A stretch of DNA of 64,000 nt from an uncultured Candidatus Poseidoniales archaeon (GTDB taxonomy: Archaea > Thermoplasmatota > Poseidoniia > Poseidoniales > Thalassarchaeaceae): positions 8,907-72,906 of the forward strand of contig CACGIE010000004.1 in NCBI GenBank assembly GCA_902573015.1, in the 5' to 3' direction. The position numbers and the translations under genes were made by a program. A model generated the notes under the pieces. That model did not search any database. It was not told where the DNA came from and was given only the letters and a program-made list of their open reading frames with translations. This document shows positions 55,434-64,000 of the stretch, one piece after another (positions within the stretch are counted from its first letter, which is position 1; the number at the start of each line of letters is the position of its first letter).

Positions 55434-56318
55434 ATGCTTGAGAAGGGCAAGTGGGTCGGACCGATCATCGATCAACACATGCATCTCGATAGGACAAATT
55501 TGTTCCTAGACGCAGTCGCCGATTTCTCTAGTTCTGGCGGAACAGGAATTATGCTTGTGCACAAGCCTTCATTTTCACACTCTCTTCCAGTTGACTTAGA
55601 AGGCTATAGGGAGGCCTATTCTGATACAATATCAATGGCAGATGAGATACGTACAGAATTCGGATTAGGGGTGGGAGTTGTTCTCGGACCTCATCCTGTA
55701 GCATGGGAGAAGCAGATTCCTGAATTAGGAATTGAAGCATCATCGGAACTACATCTAGAAGCAGTTAGTTTGGCTCTAGAGTACATAGATTCAGGTCATG
55801 CACACTGTCTTGGTGAGGTCGGGAGGCCACATTACCCAGTCGAAGAAGAAATTTGGGAAAGAGCAAACGATTTACTTGTGGAAATTCTCTCAATGGCATC
55901 TTCATCACGAACGTCGGTCCAGCTCCATGTTGAGGAAAATGATGAGAAAACATACAGCGAATTAAGCCAATTATGCATGTCCTCAGGAATTTCATCCGAG
56001 AGGGCAATCAGGCACTTTGCCCCTCCGAATGTTAGCGCCGATTTTACTCACGGTCTATCAGCCACTGTTAACGTGGGCAAAGGGAGCATAGAAACCATCG
56101 TAGAGACTGTCAGAGATGCAGCATCTCCATGGGGAATGGAAACTGACTTTCTAGACGACAATAGACGCCCAGGAGCGGTTCTAGGCCCGAAAACTGTCCC
56201 TAAAAGAACTCAGGAGCTGTGTTCAAGTTTGCTTTCTGAAGGATGGAGTGAGAACGAAGTCGAATCTCTTCTGACAAAGGTTCACTCTGAATGGCCAGAC
56301 TCACTCTACGGATTATGA
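55434..56318 (+). CDS. TatD-related / TIM-barrel metal-dependent hydrolase
   Basis: PIIDQHMHLD (HxH metal site) at the N-terminus, GEVGRPHYP and QLHVEE. The ATG at 55434 lies 5 nt after the upstream stop. Confidence 0.6.
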   Translation: MLEKGKWVGPIIDQHMHLDRTNLFLDAVADFSSSGGTGIMLVHKPSFSHSLPVDLEGYREAYSDTISMADEIRTEFGLGVGVVLGPHPVAWEKQIPELGIEASSELHLEAVSLALEYIDSGHAHCLGEVGRPHYPVEEEIWERANDLLVEILSMASSSRTSVQLHVEENDEKTYSELSQLCMSSGISSERAIRHFAPPNVSADFTHGLSATVNVGKGSIETIVETVRDAASPWGMETDFLDDNRRPGAVLGPKTVPKRTQELCSSLLSEGWSENEVESLLTKVHSEWPDSLYGL

Positions 56319-56509
56319 CGAAATCTAATCTTTGGTGTAAATATCAATACGCACCCAATTGTGAAAATAGCTACTGACAAAACCATGAAACTAAAATCGC
56401 CAAATGGGAACCTCATTCCAGCAGACTCTACTCCCATCCTCCATAAAGGGCCATTTATTGGCAGAAATAGTATTACAAGAAAAATCCCAAACTTCTGCCT
56501 TAGAATCAT
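56306..56509 (-). CDS. Possible small membrane protein
   Basis: 67 aa with two hydrophobic segments. Supported only by ORF length and hydrophobicity. Confidence 0.25.
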   Translation of the reverse strand: MILRQKFGIFLVILFLPINGPLWRMGVESAGMRFPFGDFSFMVLSVAIFTIGCVLIFTPKIRFRHNP

Positions 56510-56591
56510 GTCTCATCGTGAGGGCATCTACTTTTGAATTTCCTCGGCCGACCGAATCCGTTTAGAGATGCCATACTCTCGGCCAATGTAA

Positions 56592-56666
56592 GCGCCTGTA
56601 GTGAAGGGGTTATCACAAGAGGTTTCCAACCTCTTGTCCCGGGTTCGAATCCCGGCGGGCGCACCA
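56592..56666 (+). tRNA. tRNA-Gly (anticodon TCC), CCA encoded
   Basis: GCGCCTG TA GTGAAGGGGTTATCAC A AGAGG TTTCCAA CCTCT TGTC CCGGGTTCGAATCCCGG CGGGCGC A CCA. All four stems pair, with one G-U in the acceptor stem. Confidence 0.9.
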
Positions 56667-56729
56667 TCGAAACCATTAGCTTAGTCTAAAGACTGAAGCA
56701 TTGAAACACCAGCCGCTTTTCGAAATGAT

Positions 56730-58625
56730 ATGAACTCAAGTGGAGGGGCTGAAGTCACTGGAGTGACATCAATCAGCAAGGACAACTCCGATCAGACAGA
56801 TGATCGTCAGATAGTAGGAAGAAAGATTTGGAGAATTTTCCCTTATGTTAAGAAATACTGGAAAAGTGCAGTCGGCGGAATAGTCGCGAATGCCGGAGCG
56901 CGGGCATTCGACTTGATTCCCTTCATCGCAATAGGAATGGCAGCCGACTATTACCAATCTGGAACCTTTACTAGTGAAAGAGTGGAGAGAATAATGACCT
57001 CGGACCTAATTCCAACTCTGGGCCCAATTGATTCCGAGGAGCTAGGATTCGGATTATTGATTCTTTTATGCTTCACTTTCTTGGCAATATTTCAGGGTCT
57101 CAGCAACCAACTCTGGCAAGCGACGGCGTATAGGGCCCAGCATGACATTAGAATGGATGCAACTCAGTCACTAATGTCCATGGAAGCATCCTATTTCGAG
57201 ACTAGGCAGACAGGAAATCTGATGTCCGTACTATCTGCGGATGTTGCACAATTGGAAGACATCATATCGGATGCCAGTACCAGCATCATTAGAATCGCAA
57301 TCACTTTTTCAACTGCTTTTGCGATAATGTTCTGGATGTCTCCCAAGCTTGCTGTGATTCTCTTCACACCTCTAATCATCATAGTTCCCATGGTGGTATG
57401 GTTCTCTACAAGGGTACAGCGCAAGTATCGAAAGCAGAGAGAGAGTACGGGGGGGATAGTTGCTATTCTGGAGAATGTTCTTTCTGGAATCACTGTCGTA
57501 CAGGCTTACAATGCAAAGGAGTTCGAGAGATCTAGGATTGACATTCAGAGTGGAAACTACAGAGACATGGCAATTCAGGCTGCATTTATCAGGAATCGAT
57601 TCATTCCTGGGATATACGTAGTTGCAGGGATTTCCTTTGGTCTTCTGGTATCTGCAGGAGGCTGGATCATGGCATCAGAAGAGATTACTGTTGGTCAATT
57701 CGTCACCTTCTTACTGATTTCAACCAGGATGACAATGCCGATGTTTATCCTAGGGATGCTACTCAACCAATTGCAGAAAGGTGAGGCTGCATCCAAGAGA
57801 GTATTCGCAATTATTGATTTAGAACCATCAATATTTGACAAAGAGGGAGCCGTGGCTCTGGAATCTCCAATCACCTCGATTAGATTCGAAACTGTCTCTT
57901 TCGCATATCCTTCTTCAGATTCCAATGTTCTAAACGACATCAACTTCTCTGCTTCTTCTGGCGAATTCTTGGGGGTAATGGGACATACCGGAGCGGGAAA
58001 GAGTACAATTCTGAAACTATTAGAGCGATTCTACGAACCCCAGAGCGGACGTGTTCTAATCAATGGTACAGACATCAACGAGTTCCAGATAGAGTCAGTA
58101 AGGGCTAGGATAGGTTTTGTCTCTCAAGATCCATTCCTGTTTTTCGGAAGTATAAGGGACAATGTGGCCTATGCCCGCGATTGCTCGGATGAGGAGATCA
58201 GTCACGCTTTAGACGCATCAGGGGCTCTAGAGTTCGTCTCTCAACTCTCAGATGGAATTGATACTATGGTGGGAGATAGGGGAGTCATGCTTTCTGGTGG
58301 TCAGAGGGCACGGATCAGTCTAGCAAGAGCCTTGCTCAACGATCCCGATTTGTTGATACTCGATGAGGCTAGTGCGGCTTTAGATGCAGAAACGGAAAAG
58401 AGGATCCAAGAATCGTTATTCGGCAACTCAAACGGTGGTAAGAAGAGAATTACAATTGCAGTGGCTCACAGACTAGCCACAATCAGAAATGCCGATGAGA
58501 TTGTTGCCATGGTTGACGGCGCAATAGTTGAGAGGGGTACACACGAAGAACTGATTGCCAGTAAAAATGTCTACGCGTCACAGTGGTCAATACAGACGGG
58601 GGAACTGAGTTCAGCGGAGGGCTGA
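56730..58625 (+). CDS. ABC exporter, fused permease/ATPase (MsbA/multidrug type)
   Basis: Six-TM N-terminal domain. GHTGAGKST (Walker A), LSGGQRARISLARALL (signature) and LLILDEASAALD (Walker B). Confidence 0.9.
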   Translation: MNSSGGAEVTGVTSISKDNSDQTDDRQIVGRKIWRIFPYVKKYWKSAVGGIVANAGARAFDLIPFIAIGMAADYYQSGTFTSERVERIMTSDLIPTLGPIDSEELGFGLLILLCFTFLAIFQGLSNQLWQATAYRAQHDIRMDATQSLMSMEASYFETRQTGNLMSVLSADVAQLEDIISDASTSIIRIAITFSTAFAIMFWMSPKLAVILFTPLIIIVPMVVWFSTRVQRKYRKQRESTGGIVAILENVLSGITVVQAYNAKEFERSRIDIQSGNYRDMAIQAAFIRNRFIPGIYVVAGISFGLLVSAGGWIMASEEITVGQFVTFLLISTRMTMPMFILGMLLNQLQKGEAASKRVFAIIDLEPSIFDKEGAVALESPITSIRFETVSFAYPSSDSNVLNDINFSASSGEFLGVMGHTGAGKSTILKLLERFYEPQSGRVLINGTDINEFQIESVRARIGFVSQDPFLFFGSIRDNVAYARDCSDEEISHALDASGALEFVSQLSDGIDTMVGDRGVMLSGGQRARISLARALLNDPDLLILDEASAALDAETEKRIQESLFGNSNGGKKRITIAVAHRLATIRNADEIVAMVDGAIVERGTHEELIASKNVYASQWSIQTGELSSAEG

Positions 58626-59335
58626 TCTTGTCCGGCGCTATTGAGTGGACTGATGTCAAGCCTGGCAAGGTTGTAATGGGTTCTGCAAATCGGTCGATAT
58701 TATTCGGGGGCATTGGACCAAGGCACGAGGTCTCTATCGGATATCGTTTCAAAATCTCCAGAATTCCTGTCCCCTCGAGTGAGGCATTGAAGATAATTCA
58801 ATCATCGGAGGCCGATGTAGCTTCAGAATCAGAATGGGAGCTTGCTAACTCTAGAGGCCTCCTATCTGCAGAAATCGGGTGTATCGAGGGACTGGAGGAT
58901 AGACATCATGGCTACTGGGGAAAGGTTTGCGACGGACGACCTCACTACGGCGTGAATAGAGGCCTGCAAAATCTTAGACACTGGTCGAAGAGCGGCCCAG
59001 TGTCAATACAACGTCCAACTCTTTCTGAGTCCGAAAAAACCGAATCTGTTCGCCTGGTAATTAGAGAAGATCCAGACTGGTCGGATAATTCCCTCGCTAT
59101 TCCAATCAGGAAGGACAACCGGAGAATCATACTCGAGGAGGCTCTAATTTCTCTTTTTCTGGGAGTACTTCCCTCCTTCATATGGGCTTACTATAACGCA
59201 AGCGACGGATATCTTAGAGAGGGTTGGCTCAACCTGATAACCGGGGGAATCTTTTTCGGTCTGTTCACTTCTCTTTTTTGGAGACCCAAACGACCAACAT
59301 GGCAAATTAAATCTGGAATAATGATCAAGAAATGA
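58583..59335 (+). CDS. Membrane-anchored protein with a degenerate FGE-sulfatase (SUMF1)-like N-terminal domain
   Basis: VVMGSAN...HEVSIGYRFKISRIPVP...ASESEWELANSRG resembles the FGE-sulfatase pattern (F.MG...H.V.l..F.i...VT...PTEAEWEyAARGG). There are two C-terminal TM helices. The start is uncertain: GTG at 58583 overlaps the ABC gene, and the alternative is ATG at 58676. Confidence 0.45.
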   Translation: MVNTDGGTEFSGGLILSGAIEWTDVKPGKVVMGSANRSILFGGIGPRHEVSIGYRFKISRIPVPSSEALKIIQSSEADVASESEWELANSRGLLSAEIGCIEGLEDRHHGYWGKVCDGRPHYGVNRGLQNLRHWSKSGPVSIQRPTLSESEKTESVRLVIREDPDWSDNSLAIPIRKDNRRIILEEALISLFLGVLPSFIWAYYNASDGYLREGWLNLITGGIFFGLFTSLFWRPKRPTWQIKSGIMIKK

Positions 59336-59342
59336 GGGCATG

Positions 59343-60428
59343 CTAGTTGCGTGCTCTGTCATCAATCTGTGAAGACGAACTTCCACTGGCCAAGGCAACT
59401 CTTGCTTTGTTGATTCCCACTCCATAATCCCATAATAGGATGAAAGAAATAATGGGTGACAAGAAAACGGTCATTGCACTCTTGCTAGGCGATGGTCCTA
59501 GTGCTGCACCAATCCATGCTGTGATGTTGAATAAGGCTACTAGAGTGGGGAACTGGTGAACCATTGCTCTCTCAACCCCCATAGGTACCGAATCCGTGGA
59601 AATATCCCAAAATTCAGGCCAAGAAACTCCTCCGTTAAAGAATCCCCAAATGAAGGAAATAGCAGACATAGTCACAAGTATGGGAAATGAGGACACCATG
59701 CTGTGGCTGAATCCCCATAGACCAGGGTACCTACTTCCTGCCAATGTCCTGACAAGTCCGTAGTTCCGTATTTGCTTCCTTACTCTTTTGACTCCCCTTC
59801 TACGATGCCACATTGTGGCATTACCATCAGACCAGAGTCGATATCCCGCCAACTTGATACGATAATCCATCATTACATCCTCAGCCCCAATAGCTCCCCG
59901 ATCAAATGAACCTACCTCGACTAGAACTTCCCTTCTGTAAGCGGAGTTCACTCCTGGTAACTGCTCCACTTCCTCCAATTCTCCAATTGCCCTTTTCCCA
60001 TAATTTGTACCAGCAGTTAGAAATTTATTACAAAAAGCGACGTCAATAGTCCTCTGCCAGAAGGTTGACTCCTCTACCGGTGCGAAATTAGGCCCCCCGA
60101 CTCCTGCTACATCCGGTCTATTGAACCACCTCTCAAGCCTCTCAACCCAATCATCGGGTACGAAAACGTCATCATCTGTAAAGAAAACAAGATCAGACTC
60201 AGTCTCTTCGATTGCCACATTGCAAGCATCTGCTCTGTTACTAGCTCCTTTGTCATCAATATATCTGAATCCTCTACTCTCTGTCTCTACTCTTCCCTCA
60301 TCATCTCTTGGACCTACTACAACTACTTCCATATCGTCATATGTCTGATTGGATAGTCCATCAAGAGCAATCGCCAACTCATCTGCGTTTCTAACCGTGG
60401 GTATGATCACGCAAACCCTACTTGGCAT
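59343..60428 (-). CDS. Family 2 glycosyltransferase with C-terminal TM helices
   Basis: VCVIIPTVRNADELAIALDGLSNQTYDDMEVVVV and FFTDDDVFVPDDW (DxD region). Confidence 0.85.
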   Translation of the reverse strand: MPSRVCVIIPTVRNADELAIALDGLSNQTYDDMEVVVVGPRDDEGRVETESRGFRYIDDKGASNRADACNVAIEETESDLVFFTDDDVFVPDDWVERLERWFNRPDVAGVGGPNFAPVEESTFWQRTIDVAFCNKFLTAGTNYGKRAIGELEEVEQLPGVNSAYRREVLVEVGSFDRGAIGAEDVMMDYRIKLAGYRLWSDGNATMWHRRRGVKRVRKQIRNYGLVRTLAGSRYPGLWGFSHSMVSSFPILVTMSAISFIWGFFNGGVSWPEFWDISTDSVPMGVERAMVHQFPTLVALFNITAWIGAALGPSPSKSAMTVFLSPIISFILLWDYGVGINKARVALASGSSSSQIDDRARN

Positions 60429-60466
60429 ATGAAACCGGGAGGGGCGGTGATTGATGAGTTCAATGG

Positions 60467-61213
60467 TCAGTCATTGACTATCCTAGGTGCAAGGAAATAA
60501 GTCCATCTAGCCCCACCATCGTTGCTCATCCAAGTCAGCCTCAATGGATACTTCTCTTCAAACTCAAGAGAAACTTCGTTGGTGAAGCCTCCGGCCAGTT
60601 TCTTAGTCAACTCCCCAAGATACTGCAGTGAATATGTAGAGTGTGTGGGGGAAGCACAGACAAGTTCGCTCAACTCTCCAGATTCGAACTTCACATTTAC
60701 TCCCTCACCAGCCTCAACAGTTACCGAAACAGCCAGTTGATTCTTGTCCATGCTTAGGTCGACCTCCCCTCCAACGAACTTTGCTGCTCTCAGTGCTCTC
60801 GAAAGCTTCTCTGATCCAATTGTTGCCTTCGACTTGAACTCCAGATTTGGCTGATTAGGATTATCCATTGTGCTAGTGTCTATGCCCCTCAGAATCATTA
60901 GAACTTCACCAACTCTCACGTTAATGGCGCCCACCGCATCATCATAATCCATCTCCACTAGGTCACTTGGTCCCGCTAGCGTTAGTAGATCGCGCATCTT
61001 CTGAAGGTCTAGTCCTATCTCCACGGGCTCTACCTCGTATGTCTCGAAGCACTCATCGGCAATTGTTGCAGAAAGGAGAGCCACATGAGAACCGTCAACA
61101 ACCGAAATACTGAGCCCCTTTTCGCCCCAAACCAACTTCGCTTCAGATGTTAGAACTGACAGGATATCTACGATTTCCCTCATTAGTTGCTGCTTGGCTG
61201 TAATTCTTAGCAC
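60467..61213 (-). CDS. pcn: DNA polymerase sliding clamp PCNA
   Basis: 248 aa. GLSISVVDGSHVALLSATI, LDLQKMRDLL and HSTYSLQYLGELTK. Length and pattern are those of archaeal PCNA. Confidence 0.9.
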   Translation of the reverse strand: MLRITAKQQLMREIVDILSVLTSEAKLVWGEKGLSISVVDGSHVALLSATIADECFETYEVEPVEIGLDLQKMRDLLTLAGPSDLVEMDYDDAVGAINVRVGEVLMILRGIDTSTMDNPNQPNLEFKSKATIGSEKLSRALRAAKFVGGEVDLSMDKNQLAVSVTVEAGEGVNVKFESGELSELVCASPTHSTYSLQYLGELTKKLAGGFTNEVSLEFEEKYPLRLTWMSNDGGARWTYFLAPRIVND

Positions 61214-61281
61214 GTGTCCACCCCGATTTATTCTCTAACTGCCGGAGGCTCTTGATGATTATTGGCCCAAAGCCTGCACAA

Positions 61282-61674
61282 TTACTGGTACTCCCTCCAA
61301 CGATGGCCGCATTCATCGCAAGTGCAAATCTTTGTCTCTGGTTCGTCTGAAGACCTAGTCTGCCTGAGCTCAACGTACGCTCTATCTCCGTCACATTTTG
61401 GGCACAGGTAGTCTCCCACTCTCAGAGTCCCTCTAGGGCCGTCTTCTTCTACAACCTCCGTAAGGTGCTTGAGTGACTTCGAGTCCGTTGAAGCCATAGT
61501 CTTGGAAAGATCGATAGTTTCCCCTGTCATTGGATCTGTAAATTCAGCACCTTTTCCATCTTCCCCAGAAAGGGGGCCCTCATACCCACATTTGTAGTCT
61601 GGACACTTAATCCACCCCCGCTCATCAGGATAACTAAGTGCACCACATTTCGGACAAAACATCTCTTCCACCAT
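61282..61674 (-). CDS. tfs: Transcription factor S (TFS / RpoM-like)
   Basis: N-terminal Zn ribbon MFCPKCGAL...CPDYKCG and C-terminal Zn ribbon CPKCDGDRAYVELRQTRSSDEPETKICTCDECGHRW, with the acidic SDEP loop. Start at M17 or M21 of the track ORF. Confidence 0.85.
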   Translation of the reverse strand: MVEEMFCPKCGALSYPDERGWIKCPDYKCGYEGPLSGEDGKGAEFTDPMTGETIDLSKTMASTDSKSLKHLTEVVEEDGPRGTLRVGDYLCPKCDGDRAYVELRQTRSSDEPETKICTCDECGHRWREYQ

Positions 61675-61785
61675 TGTCGTATAAACGAGAACCGAGCATG
61701 GCTGAACCTCCCGACTATTCAACTATTCGTCTAAAATATTGGGCATACCCGCACCGTTCAAGCCACTGTACCCCTTGGGACTCTT

Positions 61786-62790
61786 ATGAGAATCCACTAC
61801 GATTGGAGATTAGCAAGGGTCGTAGATGATGAAGGAAATATTGTGGATGAGTTGGAATGGGACGGTCCAATAACTCCTACTAACCTATCAAAACGCCTCA
61901 AGATAATTCAGGGAGGTAGAAATCTTCCAGAGGTCTCAACCCTTTCTGAGCGTTTCCCAGATGCAATCATCGATGAAATGGGTGCGTTATCGGATCCGGA
62001 TTGGCCCGAGATTGGAGATTTGGAGCGAGTCTTCCAGAAGGCTACTTTAGAATTAGCGAAAATGGGTGTCGCAGACTCATCGGGAGATTTGGATAGGAGA
62101 CTAGACATGCTTGTATCAGCAGCACAGGAGCTTAGATCATCCTGGACAACCTCTGAGGCTCGTTGTGTGGAATGGTCAGGCTTGTTCATCACCGAAGCGA
62201 ATCTTGACTCTCAGAGGAATGATATTCCAGTAGCTATATCTTCCTCAAGAACAATCTCCGAAGCCTCGGAAAAGCTAGGTGTAAATCCTCCGAAGCACCT
62301 TCCTTCCGATTTAGAATGGTCTTCCATGTTCTCCCACGCCAATACAGTGACAAGGTCATCAGAAATTCTAGACCAAATTGAGAATGCAATTAGAGAAATT
62401 GCGAACATGCATGCGCCCTCTCTCAGCGCACTTCTCGGTCCTATTTCAGCGGCCAAACTGATATCTCTTGCAGGAGGAAGGGAGAGACTAGCAAGAATGC
62501 CTTCGGGCTCACTACAGGTACTGGGTGCGCATGCAGCAATGTCGGCACACAGGAAGGGGGCTCCTCCGCCGAAGCATGGGGCAGTGCTATTTTCAATGCC
62601 GCAAGTAAGCCGTTCACCTAGATGGGTTAGAGGAAAGATTGCCAGATATCTCGCTGGAAAGGCCAGTATAGCAGTTCGAGTCGATCATTTTGAAGGTGAG
62701 AGATGGGACGAATCCAAAATTGAGGAAATTAACTCTGAGATTGAGGCGATTAAGGATAAGTTCCCCAGGCCTCCGAAGAGGAGGGTATGA
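61786..62790 (+). CDS. nop5: Nop5 (Nop56/58) C/D box sRNP core protein
   Basis: LLGPISAAKLISLAGGRERLARMPSGSLQVLGA...HGAVLFSMPQV...RGKIARYLAGKASIAVRVD. Confidence 0.9.
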   Translation: MRIHYDWRLARVVDDEGNIVDELEWDGPITPTNLSKRLKIIQGGRNLPEVSTLSERFPDAIIDEMGALSDPDWPEIGDLERVFQKATLELAKMGVADSSGDLDRRLDMLVSAAQELRSSWTTSEARCVEWSGLFITEANLDSQRNDIPVAISSSRTISEASEKLGVNPPKHLPSDLEWSSMFSHANTVTRSSEILDQIENAIREIANMHAPSLSALLGPISAAKLISLAGGRERLARMPSGSLQVLGAHAAMSAHRKGAPPPKHGAVLFSMPQVSRSPRWVRGKIARYLAGKASIAVRVDHFEGERWDESKIEEINSEIEAIKDKFPRPPKRRV

Positions 62791-63505
62791 TCTGCCAAAG
62801 TCAAAGCCAATCTGCTGGGGCGTCAGGAAGGAGGGAAGGACGCTTTGGACAAGGAATGCTGTCAAGGGGAAATCGGTCAGAGGGGAACGCAGGAAAAGGG
62901 ATGGTAGAATAGAATGGAGAAGGTGGGACCCTACTAAGTCCAAGGTCGCAGCAGCCCTTCTAAGGACATCATTAGAACCATCTTCCATTCTCCCAAGTCC
63001 AGGCTCAACATGCCTCTATCTTGGAGCATCCAGTGGAGGGACTGTTAGCCATATTCACGATTTCGTGTGCGGAGCAGATAATCACCACGGAGGCCAGATC
63101 GTAGCAGTGGAGATATCTCCCAGGATGTCACGCGATCTGATTTCTCTCTCAGAATATCGTCCCGGGATGGTCCCTGTTCTTGGTGACGCAAGGAAAAGCA
63201 GGGTAATCGCGCCATTCATCAGATCTAAGGCCGATTGGATTCACCAGGATCTCAGTATTGCCGACCAGGCAGAGACCTTCGTAAAGATGGCTATGAATTT
63301 CCTTATTCCAGGTGGAGTAGGCCTTCTAAGCCTAAAAGCAGCTAGCGAGAGGTCTTCGGAAGGCGATGACAAAGCCAGATTTCACAATGCAGAGATAATC
63401 CTGGAGGACTCAGAACTCTCACTATTGGAGAGGATAGAACTCCGAGGTCTAGAGGAGCAACACGTTCTATTCGTCTGTGAATTAAGCCTCTGCGGCGATA
63501 ACTAG
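62690..63505 (+). CDS. flpA: Fibrillarin rRNA/tRNA 2'-O-methyltransferase
   Basis: EWRRWDPTKSKVAAALL, CLYLGASSGGTVSHIHDFV, VAVEISPRMSRDL, GDARK and IHQDLSIADQAE. The true start is uncertain. There is no ATG, GTG or TTG in frame after the nop5 stop, so the start must lie within the last ~100 nt of nop5. Confidence 0.85.
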   Translation: MKVRDGTNPKLRKLTLRLRRLRISSPGLRRGGYDLPKSKPICWGVRKEGRTLWTRNAVKGKSVRGERRKRDGRIEWRRWDPTKSKVAAALLRTSLEPSSILPSPGSTCLYLGASSGGTVSHIHDFVCGADNHHGGQIVAVEISPRMSRDLISLSEYRPGMVPVLGDARKSRVIAPFIRSKADWIHQDLSIADQAETFVKMAMNFLIPGGVGLLSLKAASERSSEGDDKARFHNAEIILEDSELSLLERIELRGLEEQHVLFVCELSLCGDN

Positions 63506-63907
63506 TGCAGCCAATCCTCCATAGAAGAGTACAACTAGAACGAATAAACCAATGCCTATCCAGGAAATTATCTGAGCAGCCTTCGCCATCCCCTGATCCG
63601 GATGTCCTGGATACTGGGTGGTAGTAGCTAGAGCACCATTAGCCACTACCAGGCCGGGAAGCGCAGTACAAATCGAGCACATCAAAATCCCCAATATGGA
63701 AAGGACTAGAGCAAGTACTGCATTGGTCGTCGGGAAAATCGCTCCCGGGCCCCCATATTGCCCTCCCTGGACATAGATTTGCTGAGGAGCCTCTTTTGTT
63801 ACGGCAGGACTCCCTTCGAGAACGACTTCTGACTCTGGCTGATTCTCCGATGAGACCCAATCAGGGACTTCACCCTCCTCCATGAAATCACAAAGTGGGA
63901 TTATCAA
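63482..63907 (-). CDS. Hypothetical small membrane protein
   Basis: 141 aa. Acidic N-terminus followed by two long hydrophobic helices (VLALVLSILGILMCSICTALPGLVV and IISWIGIGLFVLVVLFYGGLAALVIA). Confidence 0.45.
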   Translation of the reverse strand: MIIPLCDFMEEGEVPDWVSSENQPESEVVLEGSPAVTKEAPQQIYVQGGQYGGPGAIFPTTNAVLALVLSILGILMCSICTALPGLVVANGALATTTQYPGHPDQGMAKAAQIISWIGIGLFVLVVLFYGGLAALVIAAEA

Positions 63908-63960
63908 TTAACTCTGCCTATCTAAGAAAGGTAATGGCCTAACCATCTCAGCCTTCACAC

Positions 63961-64000
63961 ATGCCCGAGTTACCAGAGGTGGAAACGGTCCGGCTTGGTC
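63961..64000 (+). CDS. Formamidopyrimidine-DNA glycosylase / Nei family, first 13 codons only
   Basis: ATG CCC GAG TTA CCA GAG GTG GAA ACG GTC CGG CTT GGT translates to MPELPEVETVRLG, the hallmark Fpg/Nei N-terminus with catalytic Pro2 and Glu3. It is truncated by the window edge. Confidence 0.6.
   Translation, partial: MPELPEVETVRLG

Noticed and set aside
6789-56666. The two tRNA-Gly genes in inverted orientation as possible boundaries of a ~50-kb element
   Set aside because: They are different isoacceptors (GCC and TCC) with different sequences. The intervening genes are core housekeeping genes, and no partial tRNA duplication (att-like repeat) was seen.
61253-61258. C-box-like TGATGA in the PCNA-TFS spacer, near the nop5/fibrillarin genes, as a possible C/D box sRNA
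   Set aside because: No CTGA D box lies at a suitable distance on the same strand, there are no terminal pairing or C'/D' boxes, and the downstream sequence is already TFS coding sequence.
1-64000. Search for CRISPR arrays, rRNA genes, transposases, integrases and classic defence genes
   Set aside because: I found no regularly spaced direct repeats, no rRNA-like sequence, and no ORF with DDE, tyrosine- or serine-recombinase, Cas, restriction-modification or toxin-antitoxin hallmarks.

Overview
The window reads as an archaeal chromosomal segment of roughly 50% GC. It carries archaeal information-processing genes: Orc1/Cdc6, PCNA, TFS, Nop5 with fibrillarin, ABCE1, Bud32 and archaeal-type TIM. 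These are mixed with many bacterial-type metabolic genes: GlpX, class I FBA, PPK2, GrpE, Fpg, SucCD and beta-oxidation enzymes. There are also several large secreted or anchored acidic proteins and peptidases. This gene content fits a heterotrophic planktonic euryarchaeon of the Marine Group II/III type, but that assignment is inference only.

I can support about 64 protein-coding genes, including one not in the supplied ORF track (a truncated M17 aminopeptidase at the left edge) and a 13-codon Fpg/Nei start at the right edge. I also support two tRNA-Gly genes with encoded CCA, one GC-rich structured RNA candidate of about 280 nt that I cannot classify, and an AT-rich repeat-laden spacer upstream of orc1/cdc6 that may be the replication origin.

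The observations most worth follow-up are:
- A low-GC island (40.6-43.7 kb) encodes an 875-aa orphan protein with an N-terminal winged helix and a small divergent wHTH ORF. Their shared promoter spacer contains a perfect ORB-like dyad, TTTCCAcTGGAAA. The island abuts the unclassified structured RNA.
- A co-directional cluster is built around a BoxB-like diiron acyl-CoA epoxidase, with a short crotonase, a 3-hydroxyacyl-CoA dehydrogenase, an FAD oxidoreductase and a His-rich orphan ORF. No BoxA-type reductase is adjacent.
- A PPAT and GTP-type dephospho-CoA kinase (DUF359) fusion is present.
- Two single-G frameshifts sit in long G homopolymers. One splits an enoyl-CoA hydratase and the other splits orc1/cdc6.
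- Smaller items are tandem squalene-synthase-like and phytoene-synthase-like genes, an ABCE1 with non-canonical Fe-S cysteine spacing, an Mrp/NBP35 lacking CxxC, and a divergent two-repeat TBP-like ORF in a three-gene operon.

I saw no CRISPR array, integrase, transposase or rRNA.
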